Source of the DNA: Schizochytrium sp. TIO01
Taxonomy: Eukaryota > Protista > Bigyra: Labyrinthulomycetes
Direction of reading: 5' to 3'
NCBI GenBank assembly: GCA_004764695.1
Contig: SMSO01000032.1
Coordinates: forward strand, 2,170,001-2,234,000
DNA: 64,000 nucleotides
The position numbers were made by a program, and so were the translations under genes. The notes under the pieces are model-generated. The model saw nothing but the letters and a program-made list of their open reading frames with translations. It searched no databases and had not been told where the DNA came from. Below, in pieces: positions 21,425-35,635 of this stretch (the first letter of the stretch is position 1; the number at the start of each line of letters is the position of its first letter).

Positions 21425-23727
21425 GTCCACGTGAACTTTCTACCATAGCTATAAATACTCTAAGCCAATTCCTCGCCATAGAGGCCTACTTTTGTGATGA
21501 ACGCCTTGTTTGTACTGCTTCCCTCGCATCGGCGACTGTGCGACTTTGCGTATTCGGTGAGAGATATCCAGGCCTCCTTGGAGTTACACCGTGACGCCAG
21601 GCTATCAAGGTTGGCTACCTGTGTTCATTAGCACCTTGTTTCATTGTCACGTTTTACCCAACCTCGCTCACTTTTCACTCATAGGACTATGTTATGGTTA
21701 TATAGGTATTGACGGTCTCATGGCATGGCGGCAATACAAACTAGCTGTGAGTCTTTTGTGCGTACAACGAGTTAGATAAGCACCACAAGAGGTATTAGAA
21801 TGTTCTCTACTCTCGCGTCGAATCCTGTACACTCCCATCGGTAGCTTTGCGTCTGGCGTTGCGTTGGGCTCAAAGCAGTGCGAAATGGGAAAAACCAGGA
21901 CAGTGAGCGAACAACAAAAAAACACGTGGAATGCACTCTGTGTTCATTTGAAACTGGATTGTGCTTTGTTTTCTCGATTGCAACGCACCGGCGCTATCAC
22001 CAGAAGATCTTTGTCATTCAAAGAAGGTATTTATTCGATCAGTAGCCATGGCGTCGTAGTTAAAGTTTGAAACTATATTGGAATTGCGTTACTTTTTATT
22101 TTAGTTCAGTCTACCAAGCGTTGTGGCTAAACGTACCAAAGGCGGTTCGACAGAAACCGTTGTAAGGAGGATGCCAGACACCGGTAATTGAAGTAGTGCC
22201 CAGATACCTTCCTCTGAGTTCTTTAGTGCAATAGGTATTTTACATACCTACATACATACCTACCTACCAACCAACCAACCAACCAACCGAAGCCACCGAA
22301 AATCTCATCATCATTTTAACTGACTCTTTGGTTACGATCTAAACCTGGTCAAGAGTAGAAGGTACAATAAGCGCAGAATAATAGGGTTGCAAATACCACC
22401 TAGCAAACAGTCTGAGTCTGCGGCTTTATTCCGCTCTGCAATACTGGCCATGATGGAAATTCTGACAGCTTGAGCATTCCATGATCCTCGTTCGAGGGTT
22501 GCTGTGTTCTTCTTGCAAATCTCCCATTTCTGTGATTAACATCAAGTTCATATGGCCAGCGCCTTCCTCATCTCCTTGTTTCCGAGAATTTGGTCAGCGC
22601 ATACTTTCGAAGCGACCGCACGGGCCGACCTTCAGCTTCGATCGGCGCGGAAGCAGCTTCTGTCTACATTTCAATCTTCATTATGAACCTCTCGTGAGCA
22701 AGGTAGGTGTTCGCATTTACATCGATTCCTGCTACGCTCGAATTGGATTTCGACTGTTCGGCCGAATCATGAAAAGACGTGAATACTAACTCTCCGCTAG
22801 AGATCGCAAGCTTGTCATTTCTCACGGGCAGACACTGTCCAAGTTCATGTGAAGCCCCCTGCATTTCTATCTCCATGAGAGTATGCCTCGACAGCTGCAG
22901 TGTCACAATTTGCAATGGCCTATCGATTCGAGTCTCCAGGTAAATTTCAGGTACGCAAGAGAGCCATCTTGGTGACCGTTTATTTACCTTGATGAATGAA
23001 GATATAGCTTTATTTGTTTTCCCTGCGCTTATTTAGCGAACGAACTGCACATGTTTTGCTGCTGTTCACTGTGTTCATAATGCTTGCTTCGCCAAGAATG
23101 CGTGTTCTTTCGAAAAGGCCCACTACGCAAGTACTGCTTCCTCCTGCACAATTACTAGCTTAGTCAGCCCGCATCTCTGGCCCAATCCGCTTGGATTTGC
23201 TCACCCACGAGCTCTCTCTCCGTCGCACGCCGCGCTGTCAGCTGCACTTCTTTCTGAGCGACTCGATCACGAAGTCATCAATCAATTCTCGATTCCAGCG
23301 CCATGATTGTTTGCAAAGCACACACGTCCGCTCTTTAATTCGTCCGTCCACTCGCAATGGATGTAAGTAATCGAAGCCCCCCTGGGTAACAGGCATCTAT
23401 CTATCTTTCAGTCTGTCACAGTCCTCTTCACAGGCGATCGGCATCCAACGCAATATGGCAAGCGTGCGGTGAAAGTACCGCCGTGTCGCGCCGATGCTTG
23501 CTTTGTACAGCCGCCAATTAACTGTGAGTGCAGGCGCTTTGCGGCGTGCCGGGAAGCGGCTAGAAGCTGCCGCGTCTACTGCGAACATCGACTCGGCGAT
23601 TCTTGTTGGCGCAGAATAATAATGTCTTTCTCCGGGCAGCGGAAAGGGAGGAAACCCTGAGAGCCTGAGCCTGGGAGCCCTGAGAGGGGAGAAGCACTTG
23701 GCAAAACAGCGAGCGGAAAAGGAAAGG

Positions 23728-23729
23728 GA

Positions 23730-23768
<39 letters not shown>
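23728..23768. repeat. (GAAA)n microsatellite
   Basis: Visible directly. Confidence 0.92.
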
Positions 23769-24807
23769 CTTCACAAGAACAACTTCCGCTCGCACCACAA
23801 CTGCAGATGGCAGAGAGGAGCTGAGGGACCACGAGCGAAGCGAGCTCGCAAGCCTTCGAAACAACTCGACGAGGAGCAGCCGCGTTCATGCAATTATATA
23901 TCCATCGTTCCAGAGTTCGCGCTCTTAAGGAGAAGAGGGAAAATAAATAAATAAATAAATAAATAAATAAATAGATAGATAAATAATTTATTCAGGTTGC
24001 TCCTCGCGATGGCCAGAGAGCAAGCAAATGAAAGAGAGTAAGCATTCTTGAAGAAGAAGGCAACGAAGAGCGTGGTAGTAGGCACCTCCGAGGTTAAGTC
24101 CAGTCCAGCACAACAAACGAAAACCCGTAGCGAAGTTCTCACTTGCCAACTCAACAACCACTGACGCGGCTTCTTCTTGATCAACTTTGGCAAAAACACC
24201 ACCGTTGGGTAAGCTGCGAAAGAACGACCATGATATTCATACTTTCCGCAAGAACTTTTCCCCGGATCTTTTACTTTGATGACACATTTTACTTGCTCAT
24301 TGTCATATCACTTTAACACCATTTTTTTTAAATAAACAAAAAAACAATTAAAACAATAAGATAAATATGTTTCAGTCATTTGTTTTTGAATAGAAATTTC
24401 ACATCACAAAAAATAATAATCAAATAAAATACTCAAGTGTTTATTCTATCTACTATATGACCAATACCCAGCTTTATATATATATTTGGAAGTCCCATCC
24501 GTTCCGATCGACGAGTGAGAGGTCGAAAGAGAAGCTTTAAAAGAATCCGCAGCTTCCCACAGCAAGAAGCTAGCTTCTCCTATGGTGTGAACCCCTTCTA
24601 TAGCTTGTTTTCCTGCTTTCGAGTCGGCGTCTCTTCGATATCGCTGCTTGTACCAGCTACTTTAGAGGTACGTACTTCTTCAAAACGGGAGCTTTGGCCA
24701 AGGCATCCATTCACTCATTCTCTCCCTCTCTCCCTCATTCATTCATTCGTTCGCCCGTTCGCCTTTATTCATTCCCCTTTGGCCTTTTTCAATGTAGAGA
24801 TAGACAG

Positions 24808-24854
24808 ATGAATGAATGAATGAATGAATGAATGAATGAATGAATGAATGAATG
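24808..24854. repeat. (ATGA)n microsatellite
   Basis: Visible directly. Confidence 0.93.
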
Positions 24855-25166
24855 GGTATATAAACCGCTATACTGGCCTCCCTCTCTTCTTTTCTCAGCG
24901 CTTGATTCGTGTCCCTACTTTGAGCTGGAGAGGAGAGGCCCTCGCCGCTTCTTCCCCTTGCGTCTCCTCTACTCGCTGGCATGTCTCCTTCTCCTTCTGC
25001 TTGCTGCTGCTGTTGCTTTTGTTGCTGTTGTTGTGGTTGTTGTTGTTGTTGTTGTAATTGTTGTTGTCGAATCTATTGACGATGCTGTCGCTGTTGATGT
25101 CCCTACTTCAGGTTGGGAGTTAACCTCAAAAGAAGAGAAAGCTGTTGGCAGCGCTCCAACATCTCC

Positions 25167-25480
25167 AACAAACAAACAAACAAACAAACAAACAAACAAA
25201 CAAACAAACAAACAAACAAACAAACAAACAAACAAACAAACAAACAAACAAACAAACAAACAAACAAACAAACAAACAAACAAACAAACAAACAAACAAA
25301 CAAACAAACAAACAAACAAACAAACAAACAAACAAACAAACAAACAAACAAACAAACAAACAAACAAACAAACAAACAAACAAACAAACAAACAAACAAA
25401 CAAACAAACAAACAAACAAACAAACAAACAAACAAACAAACAAACAAACAAACAAACAAACAAACAAACAAACAAACAAA
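25167..25480. repeat. Long perfect (AAAC)n microsatellite, ~78 units
   Basis: Uninterrupted aaac run visible directly. Confidence 0.98.
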
Positions 25481-26958
25481 GCATGCGAAGCGCGTCTACT
25501 GCGCAAGAGACGGCCCAGCTGCTCCCCTGCGTCTGCTCCCTTCTACGGCGCCGGCGGCGTCGAGCTCGCGGCTCCGAGCCCAAGCTTTGCTTTGCTCTGC
25601 TTTGCTTTGCTTTGCTCGGGAATCGTCCATCGCTCACGGTCAGTCATTCCATTAATCGATCGATCGATCAATCAATCAATCAATTAATCAATAATTAGTC
25701 GCCTACCAGTCGGCTATGCGGGGCTAGTGTCGCGCACGTGCAGAAGTCCAACAGAGAAGAGGCCAATTTGGACTTTCAGAAACAAAAAGGGTGCCCTCCT
25801 GCCCCCTCCTTCGGTCTGCCTTTGTTGGAGGCGCTCGGGCTCTATCTGTCTGTCTGTCTGTCTGGAGTGAGGAGGCAGCGACGGCCGATCCCCGAGTCGC
25901 GGCTGCTGGCGCCCGCCTGTCTGCCTGTCTGCCTGCCTGCCTGCCTCCAAGCGGCGCCGTGCGAAGGGAAAGGAGCTGAAGACGCTCCGCCGCCAGGCCT
26001 TTGAGGACGGTTCTTAGTCTCTCTTCCGACATTCTTCTTTTTCGATTTCTCCCTTTCTTGTGTCACTTTTTATTATCCTGAGAAGATAGGTAAGTTTTCT
26101 TTTAAAGTTTTTTTTAATTAAAATAAACTTATTATCTCTGCCCCCCAGTCCTCCCCACCATTTTGGTTGAAATTGTTTCTGTTTTCCCTCTTTTTTTTTT
26201 TTTTCCTTTTTTTTTTTTCCATTTTACTAATGGCGCCATCTCTTACTTATTTTTGTTTTAATTTGTTTTATTTTTATATAACAAAAAATATGATTCAAAT
26301 AAAACCAAATGTTTTAAATTAAAAATTAAAATATTGTTATTGCTGTCTTGGAAGAACGTTTTTCTTCGTCTTCAGTGTTGGTTGCCATATAAGCTATAAG
26401 GGAGATTTATAGATTTACAGTGGAGCTATAAGAGTTTTACTTCATTGTTCCTGCTTTGCGGAAGTTCCTGGTAAGGTCTTTTTCTTGCACTACACTCCTA
26501 CTAAGAAGCTATAGCATGCCGCGGTGAGTTGGGTGAAAGCGAAATAATCGCATTGAAAGTGAATGACACTTTGTTGATTTCTACATTATCACAATGAGAG
26601 CCGTGGGGAAGAAGGAGGGTTGGTTATAGGCGAAAAAGACGCTCAGCGAGATTGGTTGATCTAGTTTCTGCAGATGAGCATACTCTTTGAAGTGTAGCAC
26701 AATCCATCATTAATTCTGGACATCACAAGTGAGACGGACGTGAGCGGAGAGGGAATCCTTGTGGCGAGCGAGCAAAGGCTGGCACTGCCCACCATCTAGC
26801 TCCTCAGCTGCAGCGTGGGCCCGAGGGGAACTGCTCTCGTGGTGGCCACACGCTACGGTCGGCGCCGGTGGTGGGTTCTTCTTTACTGGGCCTTCGTTCA
26901 AGCCCACAAGTTAGCAGCTATTTATTCTTCACAAGCTGTCTTGAACTGCCTTTCTTCC

Positions 26959-26959
26959 T

Positions 26960-27003
<44 letters not shown>

Positions 27004-27005
27004 TC
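26959..27005. repeat. (CTTT)n microsatellite
   Basis: Visible directly. Confidence 0.92.
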
Positions 27006-29404
27006 GAGCAATGTAGGCCTCTGCGCCGCTGGTAATGTTCAATGCCTCGGTCGTCGATAAGCTTGGCGTGGGCTCGCTCGAGAAGAGGAGAAGAGGCAGG
27101 TCCCAACTTGAGGCTTTTGCTCTTCATATTTGGAGAGATAAGGGGTCAAGGCAGGTGACCCTACGTGGAAGGGTTAGTTAGGTAGTTAGGTAATCCAGTT
27201 AGTTAGTCAGTCAGTCAGTTAGTTTCTTCATTTTCAAGTCAAGTGAATGGTTGTTTGGCTGCTATAAAGGCTCCGCGGGACCCTGAAACTATCTTTGTAA
27301 AGCCTGCCAGCTGATGATAATGTTGGTGCTGGACTTCTTGAGGTCTCCAAAACAAAGGCCACCTGGTGGAGGATGAAAAGCAGTGAAACTTATTGTATAT
27401 ATCACAGCCAACATCTATTGGTCAAAACGACGGCAATGCTGGCTTCGTATCGCGAACCAGTCTCGCGATCTCTGCTGCACAAGATGAGAGAAGGCGCTCA
27501 AGCTTTTCCATTCATCCATTCACTCGTTCATTCCTTCATTTATTCATAATACCTCAAGTTATTCGCCCAACCAGTTAGAACAAATCGAGGTACTGAAGCT
27601 AAATCACGTCATCGAGTCCGTTCGCTCACTCCTGATCCGCGAGTCTCGAGCCTTCACCCTCCTTCTCAGACCTCTCTCTCTACGTGACGAGCGGAAGGCT
27701 GCACAAGAGAAAGAAAAAGAAGCCACCTTGGGCTGCTTTGCTTGTCCGTGCTGTTCTCTGTCTCTCCTTCTGCCTGGTCTCTCTTGCTCGCGGCCTTCAA
27801 GCAAGGCACAGCAAGCACCAACAATCTGAGGTTGAGCGAAGGAAGAAGCTTTCGCGCTGTCTTCGAGCAGACCCCGCGTTGTAGCAGATATTCTTCTTGG
27901 TGGAATTCACGGCCTGCGCTGCTTCGCGCTGTCCAGCTTCTCTGTCTCTACGAAGCAGCAGCTAGCTAGCTTAGGCGCCCGCCTAGCCGCCTGTTAGACA
28001 ATCCATCCATCAATCAATCCATCCATCAATCCATCCATCAATCCATCCATCAATCCATCAACAATCGCCCTCGCTTCCGCGAGCCGGGGTCGATTCCCGT
28101 CTCCGTGTCATCCTCTCCCTCTTGGCGCCAACAGAGAAAGAGGCAAAGAGACAAGAGACAAAGGGGCGAGACTCGCTCCCGTCGAGGCTCCGGCGAGCCA
28201 TTACTGACTCCCAAAGAGCGCCCTCTCAGAGTCCCTCTACTCAAAATGCCAAACAACTGAGAGGCGTCTCCAACCAACGAATTGAAGGCAAACGATTGTG
28301 GGAGCAGAAAGAGAACGCACTTGTTCCTTTCGCAGCCTCGTGCTGAAGGAAGGTCGGCGCACACTTTTCCCTTTTACTCCTTCACTTGGCAACTTCCCAG
28401 CGAGCTGCGGCTCAAAATCTTGGAGTAGCGCCCTTCGCTCGCTCTGTGTGCTCCTTCGAACCGGCGCGAAGGGGGGTAGGACGCGGACTTTGCGCGAACT
28501 GGATATGGCAAAGCCTGAGACTGACTGGGAAAAATCATGAAACAAACCTCGGGGGTTCGAAGGAGCAAATAGAGAAAGAAGTCATTAACTAATTAAGTAA
28601 GTAAGTAAGGGAGTGAGTGCGTGCGTGAGCGAGCTAGTAGATAGCTAGTGCTGGGCAGACGCAGAAAGAGGCAGGACCTCGCTCGCGATCGACTTTCCTT
28701 TCTCGTGTTCCTGAAATCCCGCTTTGTCCGTCTTGTTTGTGGATAATGGTGATGGGGAAACAAACCAACCAAACCAACGCGTACACTGGCCCTCTGTCCC
28801 GACTTGTCGAAATAATTCTGTTTCTCCACTCTTTTTTTTTTTTTCTTTTTCTTTCCTTGTCTTTTTTATCATTCTTCTTTTCCTAGGGCGGTGGAAACTT
28901 CCCAGAGGAGCATTAGAAAAACAAAAACATTTATTTTTATTTAATATCATTGTTTTGTTATTATTCATATTTAATAATTATGATTTATCGATTCAATTCA
29001 GTATGTATACTACTCACCTACCTCGGTCAATCTATAACTCAGCCAGGCCAGAATAGTGAGTAGTAATGCGACTCCGTTACAAAAGAAAAGAAAAAGCTTG
29101 TAGTCAAGTTAACACGGGAGCGATAAAAGATGATGAACCGATGCCCGAATCGTAAATCATCGCATTCGGCCTCTCAACTGACGCACTTTCGATCAACGCA
29201 GCTGTCTAATGACGAAGATGGCAGATGCAGTAACTACAGAAAAGGAAGGTTTTAAAGCAAATCAATTCATACGGTACCTACCTACCAACCTACCAACCCC
29301 AAACCTACAAACCTACTAACCTACCTACCAACGAAGCCGCAGCTGTTGGTATTTTATTCAGTATTATATAGCAAAAGTAGAAGAAAGTAAAGACGACGAC
29401 AATG

Positions 29405-29441
<37 letters not shown>

Positions 29442-29991
29442 GAATAACAACAGCAAATAATAATTAGGCCTACTACCACCCTGTCGAAGTAAAGACAACA
29501 GCCACGCAAGCGACAAATTCTATCCGAACATACAAAGCTGTAGCGCCCATCATTATTGCTTTCCCCTAGAGTGATTGCAAGCATCGCCAAGAAATACATC
29601 GCCAGGGAATTTAGAGAAGCTCATCATTTATGAGTCAGCTATTTGTCAGCGAGTTAGGACAGCATAAACGATTTCTATCTTTCCTTTGTTTTAGGCATTT
29701 CTGCCTGTGCGAGAGGATCTAGGACCACCTAATCGAACATAGGTCTTAAATTCGACATTCCCATTTTCTAATTTGTGAGATTCCGTGATTTATTGTTTGC
29801 ATTTCGATTTCCATAAAATAAAACCTGTAGTGTTGCGCAAGCCTCGGGATGACGCTCTTGGATAAAACTCGTAAAAATCTTGTGGAAGCACGGCAAGAGC
29901 GCAGCATTGAAGTTTATTTATGCCCTAACCCATTCGCTTGCACCAACCCGCTATCATCTTGAAAAGGTATTGGTGGTGGAGAATCAAACTC

Positions 29992-30061
29992 TAGCAAGGC
30001 CTAACAGGCTACACCATGCTTGCCATTAGCAAGGCCTAACAGGCTACACCATGCTTGCCAT
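29992..30061. repeat. Exact 35-bp tandem duplication
   Basis: TAGCAAGGCCTAACAGGCTACACCATGCTTGCCAT occurs at 29992-30026 and 30027-30061. Confidence 0.95.
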
Positions 30062-32527
30062 CAGGTCAGCCAGCAAATGCTTCACATTTACTTTTAAAAA
30101 CAAAGCAAAAAACAATCTCTTGGCTTGCTAGAATGCAGTTCGTATAAAGGTTGCAGCTTATTGCAATAAGTTGACCTTCCGCCTGCTTGTCACATGTTGC
30201 TTTCCCAGTATATACTACATCAACAAACTTGCAATAGACAGCTTATAGCATTCAAATTTGCATTCTTATTTTGCATATAGCTAGCTGAGATAATTTTGCT
30301 AAAGAAGCTTCGTTGGCTGTGACGTCGTTGTTGGGCGATTCTGCTACCCAGCAGTAAATAGGCTACCTGCTACTACAACTTCTTCTTCTATTTCTGTCCT
30401 GCCCTTTTGAGAGCGAACTTCCCAACGCGATCGACCCAAACCATATACTATTAGTGCAATCTTGTTTGCAGCCATTGCCCTTGCACGAACTAGAAACTGG
30501 CACTTCAGCCAGCGAAGGCCCGGGGAAGACGCTTTCTCTTTCCTTTTGTTTTGTATTTGTTCAAATGTACAGCAAAACCTCTCGTTTCTCAATAATGAGC
30601 GTCTGACGCGAGTCCAGAGTCTTCGAGCAAATGCATGGATTCCGTTGCGATGATGCTCATTTCCAATAGTCAGGAGAGATAGTGCCTACTAATGCCAAGC
30701 TCCACGGATTTGTGGTATTATAACAGCCTGAATGGACACATTATTATTTCTTAAGCTTTGAAAATACATATTTCTTTTCTTTTTCTTTTTTAAAATAAAA
30801 GTTACAAAATCTACTTTTTCTATTTTATTTTATTTATAATTGTTAAGTATAACCATTTTGTGAGATAATCCAAATGATTTGCGTGGCTACGATCGATACT
30901 ATTTTGGAGCCAAGGGCTGCGTTCTCCCGGCTGATGAATGCCTCAGTTTGTGGGACTCTTGTATCCACCCCGCCCAGTTTCTTCTTTTCTTTGTGGTCCA
31001 GGTTTCTTCTTCTTTTCTCCACGCTGGAGCAGAAGTATTAAACATCCTTGCAGACCAGGCTCCACAACGAATAAACTTGAAAATAAATGATGAACAAAGA
31101 ATTCAATGTCGAAATCAAGCGAAGGGAAGATAGTTAGTTAGTTATCTGTACTCCTCTTCTTCTTTTTCGGTCTTCGGTCTTCGGTCCTCGGTCTTAGGCC
31201 GTTGGTCTTAGGTCTTAGGTCTTAGGTCTTTGGTCTTTGGTAGGAGGTGTGCTTCCTATCCTCTTTTGATGCACTTGAAATGGAACCCTGTTATTATTAT
31301 AAATGAACTCTTTTTTCAAAACTAAATTTTAATGCCAATTCATATACACACAAAGAATTTAGCAACAAGTAGCCTCCTAGCCATTTTGATTAGTGATATA
31401 TATATATATAAATTTTTTAAAAAAAAATTTTTAACAGGGAACGAGGGAAAGGAGAAAGAAAAACGCACAAATTCGCTGTGCAACGATGTTCCGTCGCAGT
31501 GGAGAGCTGAGGCTTGAGAAGTACTGTGGCAGCGACTTCCCTGATAAGAGTTGTACGGCCAGCGGAAGAAAAAGCTCGGTATCGGCAGAGCCGTCGAGGA
31601 GCAGCAGCGTGCGTCTCTTCCAGCAGTGTCCTCACGGACAGCAGGTTTTCGAAGAAACTCCGAGAGGGAGGACCAGCCACACCCAACAAAAATGAGGCGA
31701 TTCCCAACAGGAGCGTCTCCTCCTCGACCAACTTGATGGCTGGTAGCACGTATGTGCCTAGACAGGCAGGCGAGGAATGCAAATGAAAAAGCGCTGCGAG
31801 AAATCAACGGCAAGTCACTCACTACGTACAGATCCAACGTAGCTGAATGGGATGAACATAAATGATGGTTTTGTTTTTGTCTTGCCATACCAACCAACCA
31901 ATCAAGCAAGCAAGCAAGACTCCGGCGAATGGCCTTTGGGATATTACCGTGATATGCGACGGCACCGCGGCTGGTTTGCCTTGGTTGTAACCAGGTTATC
32001 AGCATGGCCCATGGTCTCTTCGCTTGGGTCGGCTGCCTTCGCTTTAGCCATCATTTGCTCCTGAGAACGATCGTTTCTCTTCGCTTTCCTTTTTATTTTA
32101 TTTCATTTCATTTCATTTCATTTCATTTCATTTCATTTGTTGTAAGGGTGCCTAGCTAGTACTCGGGCATTAAAAATTACTAAAAAGGTGGTAGACGCCA
32201 TAATCATAAGTCTTTTGAAGCTACCAGTGGTACCTTATAATCTATCTGCCGATGAAAGGCCCTTTTCAATAGTTATAGCCAAGCCGAGGAGCTGCGATAG
32301 AAAATGCTAAACCCCGCTGCTCTAGCATCCAGGTAGGCGGCGCTAGCGGAGAGTAGTGCTGTGTATAAGACGCGCAGCGGAGAATACGACAAGCTGGAGA
32401 CGAAGAATGTTAGCGCTAGAAGCAACACCGCGTTCGTTGTATGCTCGCTGACGGTGCTACGGCAGCTGTGAAGCGGCGGCAGTGGATCCTGAGGTGCCGA
32501 GCTCTACGCTGGCTGACAGATGACGGA

Positions 32528-32589
32528 CTTCTTCTTCTTCTTCTTTCTTCTTCTTCTTCTTCTTCTTCTTCTTCTTCTTCTTCTTCTTC
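32528..32589. repeat. (TTC)n microsatellite with one interruption
   Basis: Visible directly. Confidence 0.93.
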
Positions 32590-33967
32590 GTCGTCGCTGC
32601 TGAGAGCGTCGTCGGCGCCGCATTTGGCAAAGCTTGTGAGGACGTGAAAGTTTTTAATGTAGCGATCGATAATTGGGTAGATAAAGAAAAGAAGAGACCG
32701 CTTACGGAATAAATAAAAGCGAAAGTGCCCTTCGGCAAGAAAGAGAACAAAGTTAGGGAACAGAAAGCGCCGCTCGCTCCTGAAAACATCGAGCTCGCCA
32801 AAATCCCCCGAGCCCCGGAAGCCTTCGCGGCTTGCTCGCCGGATCGCGTGTTTGCTTTTGGTGCAGAGGAGGGCTCCAGGGAAGCCACAGCAACCTTCGC
32901 TCACAGCGGCGGCGGCGGCGGCGGCGGGAACCCCGTGGGCAGACGCGAACCGCCTGTGAGTTGGGCCCTTCTTTCTGCTCTCTTCGAAAGTCGGGCTGCT
33001 TTTATTGTACAGTGTGCATAGTGAGTGAATGTCACGTTGTGATATTATTAATGTTTGAATGTTTTAATGTTTAGATGTTAATGAGTTACTGTGAACTATT
33101 TTAATTTATAAAGTAAAGAGTTTTTTTTGTCCAGACTTTGGAAAAGAGCAAACAAACTTCAGCTGTGCTGGCCCTGTCTTTCGAGCGAGAAGCGAGTATC
33201 AACGTGTTTGAGTTTATTGCGAGGAGGGAAAGAGAACGGAATGCGAGTTGTCGCTCTGCCACTTGAAAAGGCACCCAATACGCCCCAGTCATCGTGCCAT
33301 CATCCTGAGACTTTGACGGTAGAGCAAAAACCAAACCGAACGGAAACTTGGCAAGCCTGTTTTACGGTTTATAAATTTTCAGGCAACGATAAATAATGTA
33401 TGCGAATAATGTTTTCCCATGTTGAGCGTATTTTTCCTTTATTTTGCTTCTCTCATGAACGCAGCACCGCTAGTTCGTACGTATCGGCGCAGAGCATTTT
33501 CACGAAGATACGAAAGATACAACCAGAGCAACTAAACTGACCGGTGACATTCGGCGCATCCCGAGATGCGACCTCCAACGTGATGTTTAGGCTGTTCGAG
33601 CTCTCGCTACCACGGCTTAACTAAAGGGCTTGGGCACGAGCAGGACTTTGTTGGGATTTTGCAAACAACCGTGCAAATTTTTTGTTGGGGAAAACCTCTA
33701 ACTAGCTAGCTAGCTGAGTAACAACAGTCTTAGTCGACCCGCTCCCTCGTTCGCGAATGAATGCGATGAGGTGCTGCTGACAGACAGAGGACCTTTGTGG
33801 ACATCGACTGCTGAAGCCTACGAGGCAACGCCAGAACGGCTGCACTCAAATAAAGGAAGCCTACAGTAAGGTCTTCTCGCAGAGGTGCCGTCAGCGAAGG
33901 CTTCTCTGGCACACAGCTCACCGTGCTGGAGAGCGAGCTAGCTAAAGTTGAGAAAGAAAGTTTGGAG

Positions 33968-34040
33968 GAAGAAGAAGAAGAAGAAGAAGAAGAAGAAGAA
34001 GAAAAAACAAAAAACAAAAACAAAAACAGAAACAAAAACT
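33968..34040. repeat. (GAA)n followed by (AAAAAC)n
   Basis: Visible directly. Confidence 0.9.
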
Positions 34041-34987
34041 TGAAGAAAGGAAAAATAAATTCAAATGGGAATCAAGGAAGACGAAGGTCGATCGATGGAT
34101 TGATTCGCCGATGCTTAGTCACTAACCTCCTTACGCGGATGCCGTCGTGTTCAACGTTTGCTTGCTTTTGAAACCCCTCTCCGGCCAGCACTCTCGCATC
34201 TCTGGCGGCTCCGGCCTCCCACAAAGACCAGACCCAGTGGTACCAGGGTGGGGAGCACAAGGCAAGGTGGCAACTGCATTCACTTCCCGATCACAGTCTC
34301 TGTTCAAAAGAAAAAGAAAAAAGAAAAACATTTGTAAGAACAATCTCTTTAGGTTGATTTTTTGAAATGGAATTAATAAATAAAACGGAGCGAAGCGAGA
34401 GTCGCCTATCTATGGTGCGGCTGAACCGGTTTGCTTGCTTGCTTAGTTGCTTGCTTAGTTGCTTGCCTCTTCGTATCTCTGTGTATTAGCATACAAGTTT
34501 GTGTATATGTAATATATATGTTTGTCCAGCGGGTGCTGCTTTCTTGCAATCTTCTACCGTTGAAAGCATCGAGTGGGCAATGAATCAACCATCCTGAGCG
34601 TTGAACCAGAGCAATGCACAGCAGCAAACCAAAGCAAGCCAGACCAAAGCAAGCAGAACAATGAAACTAACACAACGAGATTCATCCATTCATTCATTCA
34701 TTCATTTGTTCATAAATTCACGAAACGAAACGAAGGTAAAGTCATTTTCTTTGCTTTTCTTCAGTTTTCTTTGTCAATTTGTTTTCATTAAATCGAAACA
34801 TCTATTCAATTCTAAAAGTACACGTTTCTTCTTTCTTTCTTTCTTTCTTTTTAAAAAAAAAAAGTTGTTTTTCGATAATAATAATAATAATGATGTGAAG
34901 CTAAAAAATAAAGCTCTGCTACAGAGCAATCAATGGAAGGAGGTGAGAAAAGAAGAAGGAAGGAGGTGAGAAAGCTCTCTCCCGTGC

Positions 34988-35120
34988 AGAAGAAGAAGAA
35001 GAAGAAAAAGAAAAAGAAAAAGAAAAAGAAGAAGAAAAAGAAAAAGAAAAAGAAAAAGAAAAAGAAAAAGAAAAAGAAAAAGAAAAAGAAAAAGAAAAAG
35101 AAAAAGAAAAAGAAAAAGAA
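34988..35120. repeat. (GAA)n/(GAAAAA)n purine tract
   Basis: Visible directly. Confidence 0.95.
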
Positions 35121-35151
35121 GTGAGAGAAGGAGAGAAGCGCCTCTTATTTC

Positions 35152-35184
<33 letters not shown>

Positions 35185-35595
35185 GCAGAGAGAACCTGAG
35201 ATGATGAATAGATGGACGAGCTGCGCAGACGGAGCCTGGTGGTGGGAGGAGGTGTCTTCGCTGCCCTAAGAGCATTGTTGGCTTCTCGTGGCCCAGCGCA
35301 CTCTTTCCTGGCAGCAAGGCGTGCATACTGATAGCGGAGAGCACGAGGCCCTGGCCTTGTAGAGGAACAGGCACTGTGAGGGGTCCAGATTCCCAGAGGC
35401 GTTGAGAGGAAAGCTGTGCGAAAACCTCAACAACTCGACCCATGCCAGCACCCAGAGAGCAGACGCGTAAATAAATAGCGAAAGGCACGGCGCAGCTGAC
35501 TTCAAGTTGGACTCGGCACTCGTTCACTCCTCCACCCAACAAACAACACCGTCCATCCATCCATGCATGCATGCATGTATGCATCCATCCACCGG

Positions 35596-35635
35596 TCGAT
35601 GAATGAGTCTATGAATCGATGAATGAGTCTATGAA
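35596..35635. repeat. Exact 20-bp tandem duplication
   Basis: TCGATGAATGAGTCTATGAA occurs twice in tandem. Confidence 0.9.

Noticed and set aside
24844-25698. ORFs with (TNKQ)n or (FVCL)n
   Set aside because: These are translations of the stop-free (AAAC)n microsatellite.
28078-28110. CCGGGGTCGATTCCCG resembling a tRNA T-arm/B-box
   Set aside because: No D-arm, anticodon arm or acceptor stem; the upstream sequence is a (CCAT/CAAT) microsatellite.
29992-30061. 35-bp direct repeat as a possible CRISPR array
   Set aside because: Only two adjacent copies with no spacer, in a eukaryotic context with no cas genes.
34919-35584. Poly-Lys and (FS)n ORFs
   Set aside because: These are translations of the (GAAAAA)n and (CT)n tracts.
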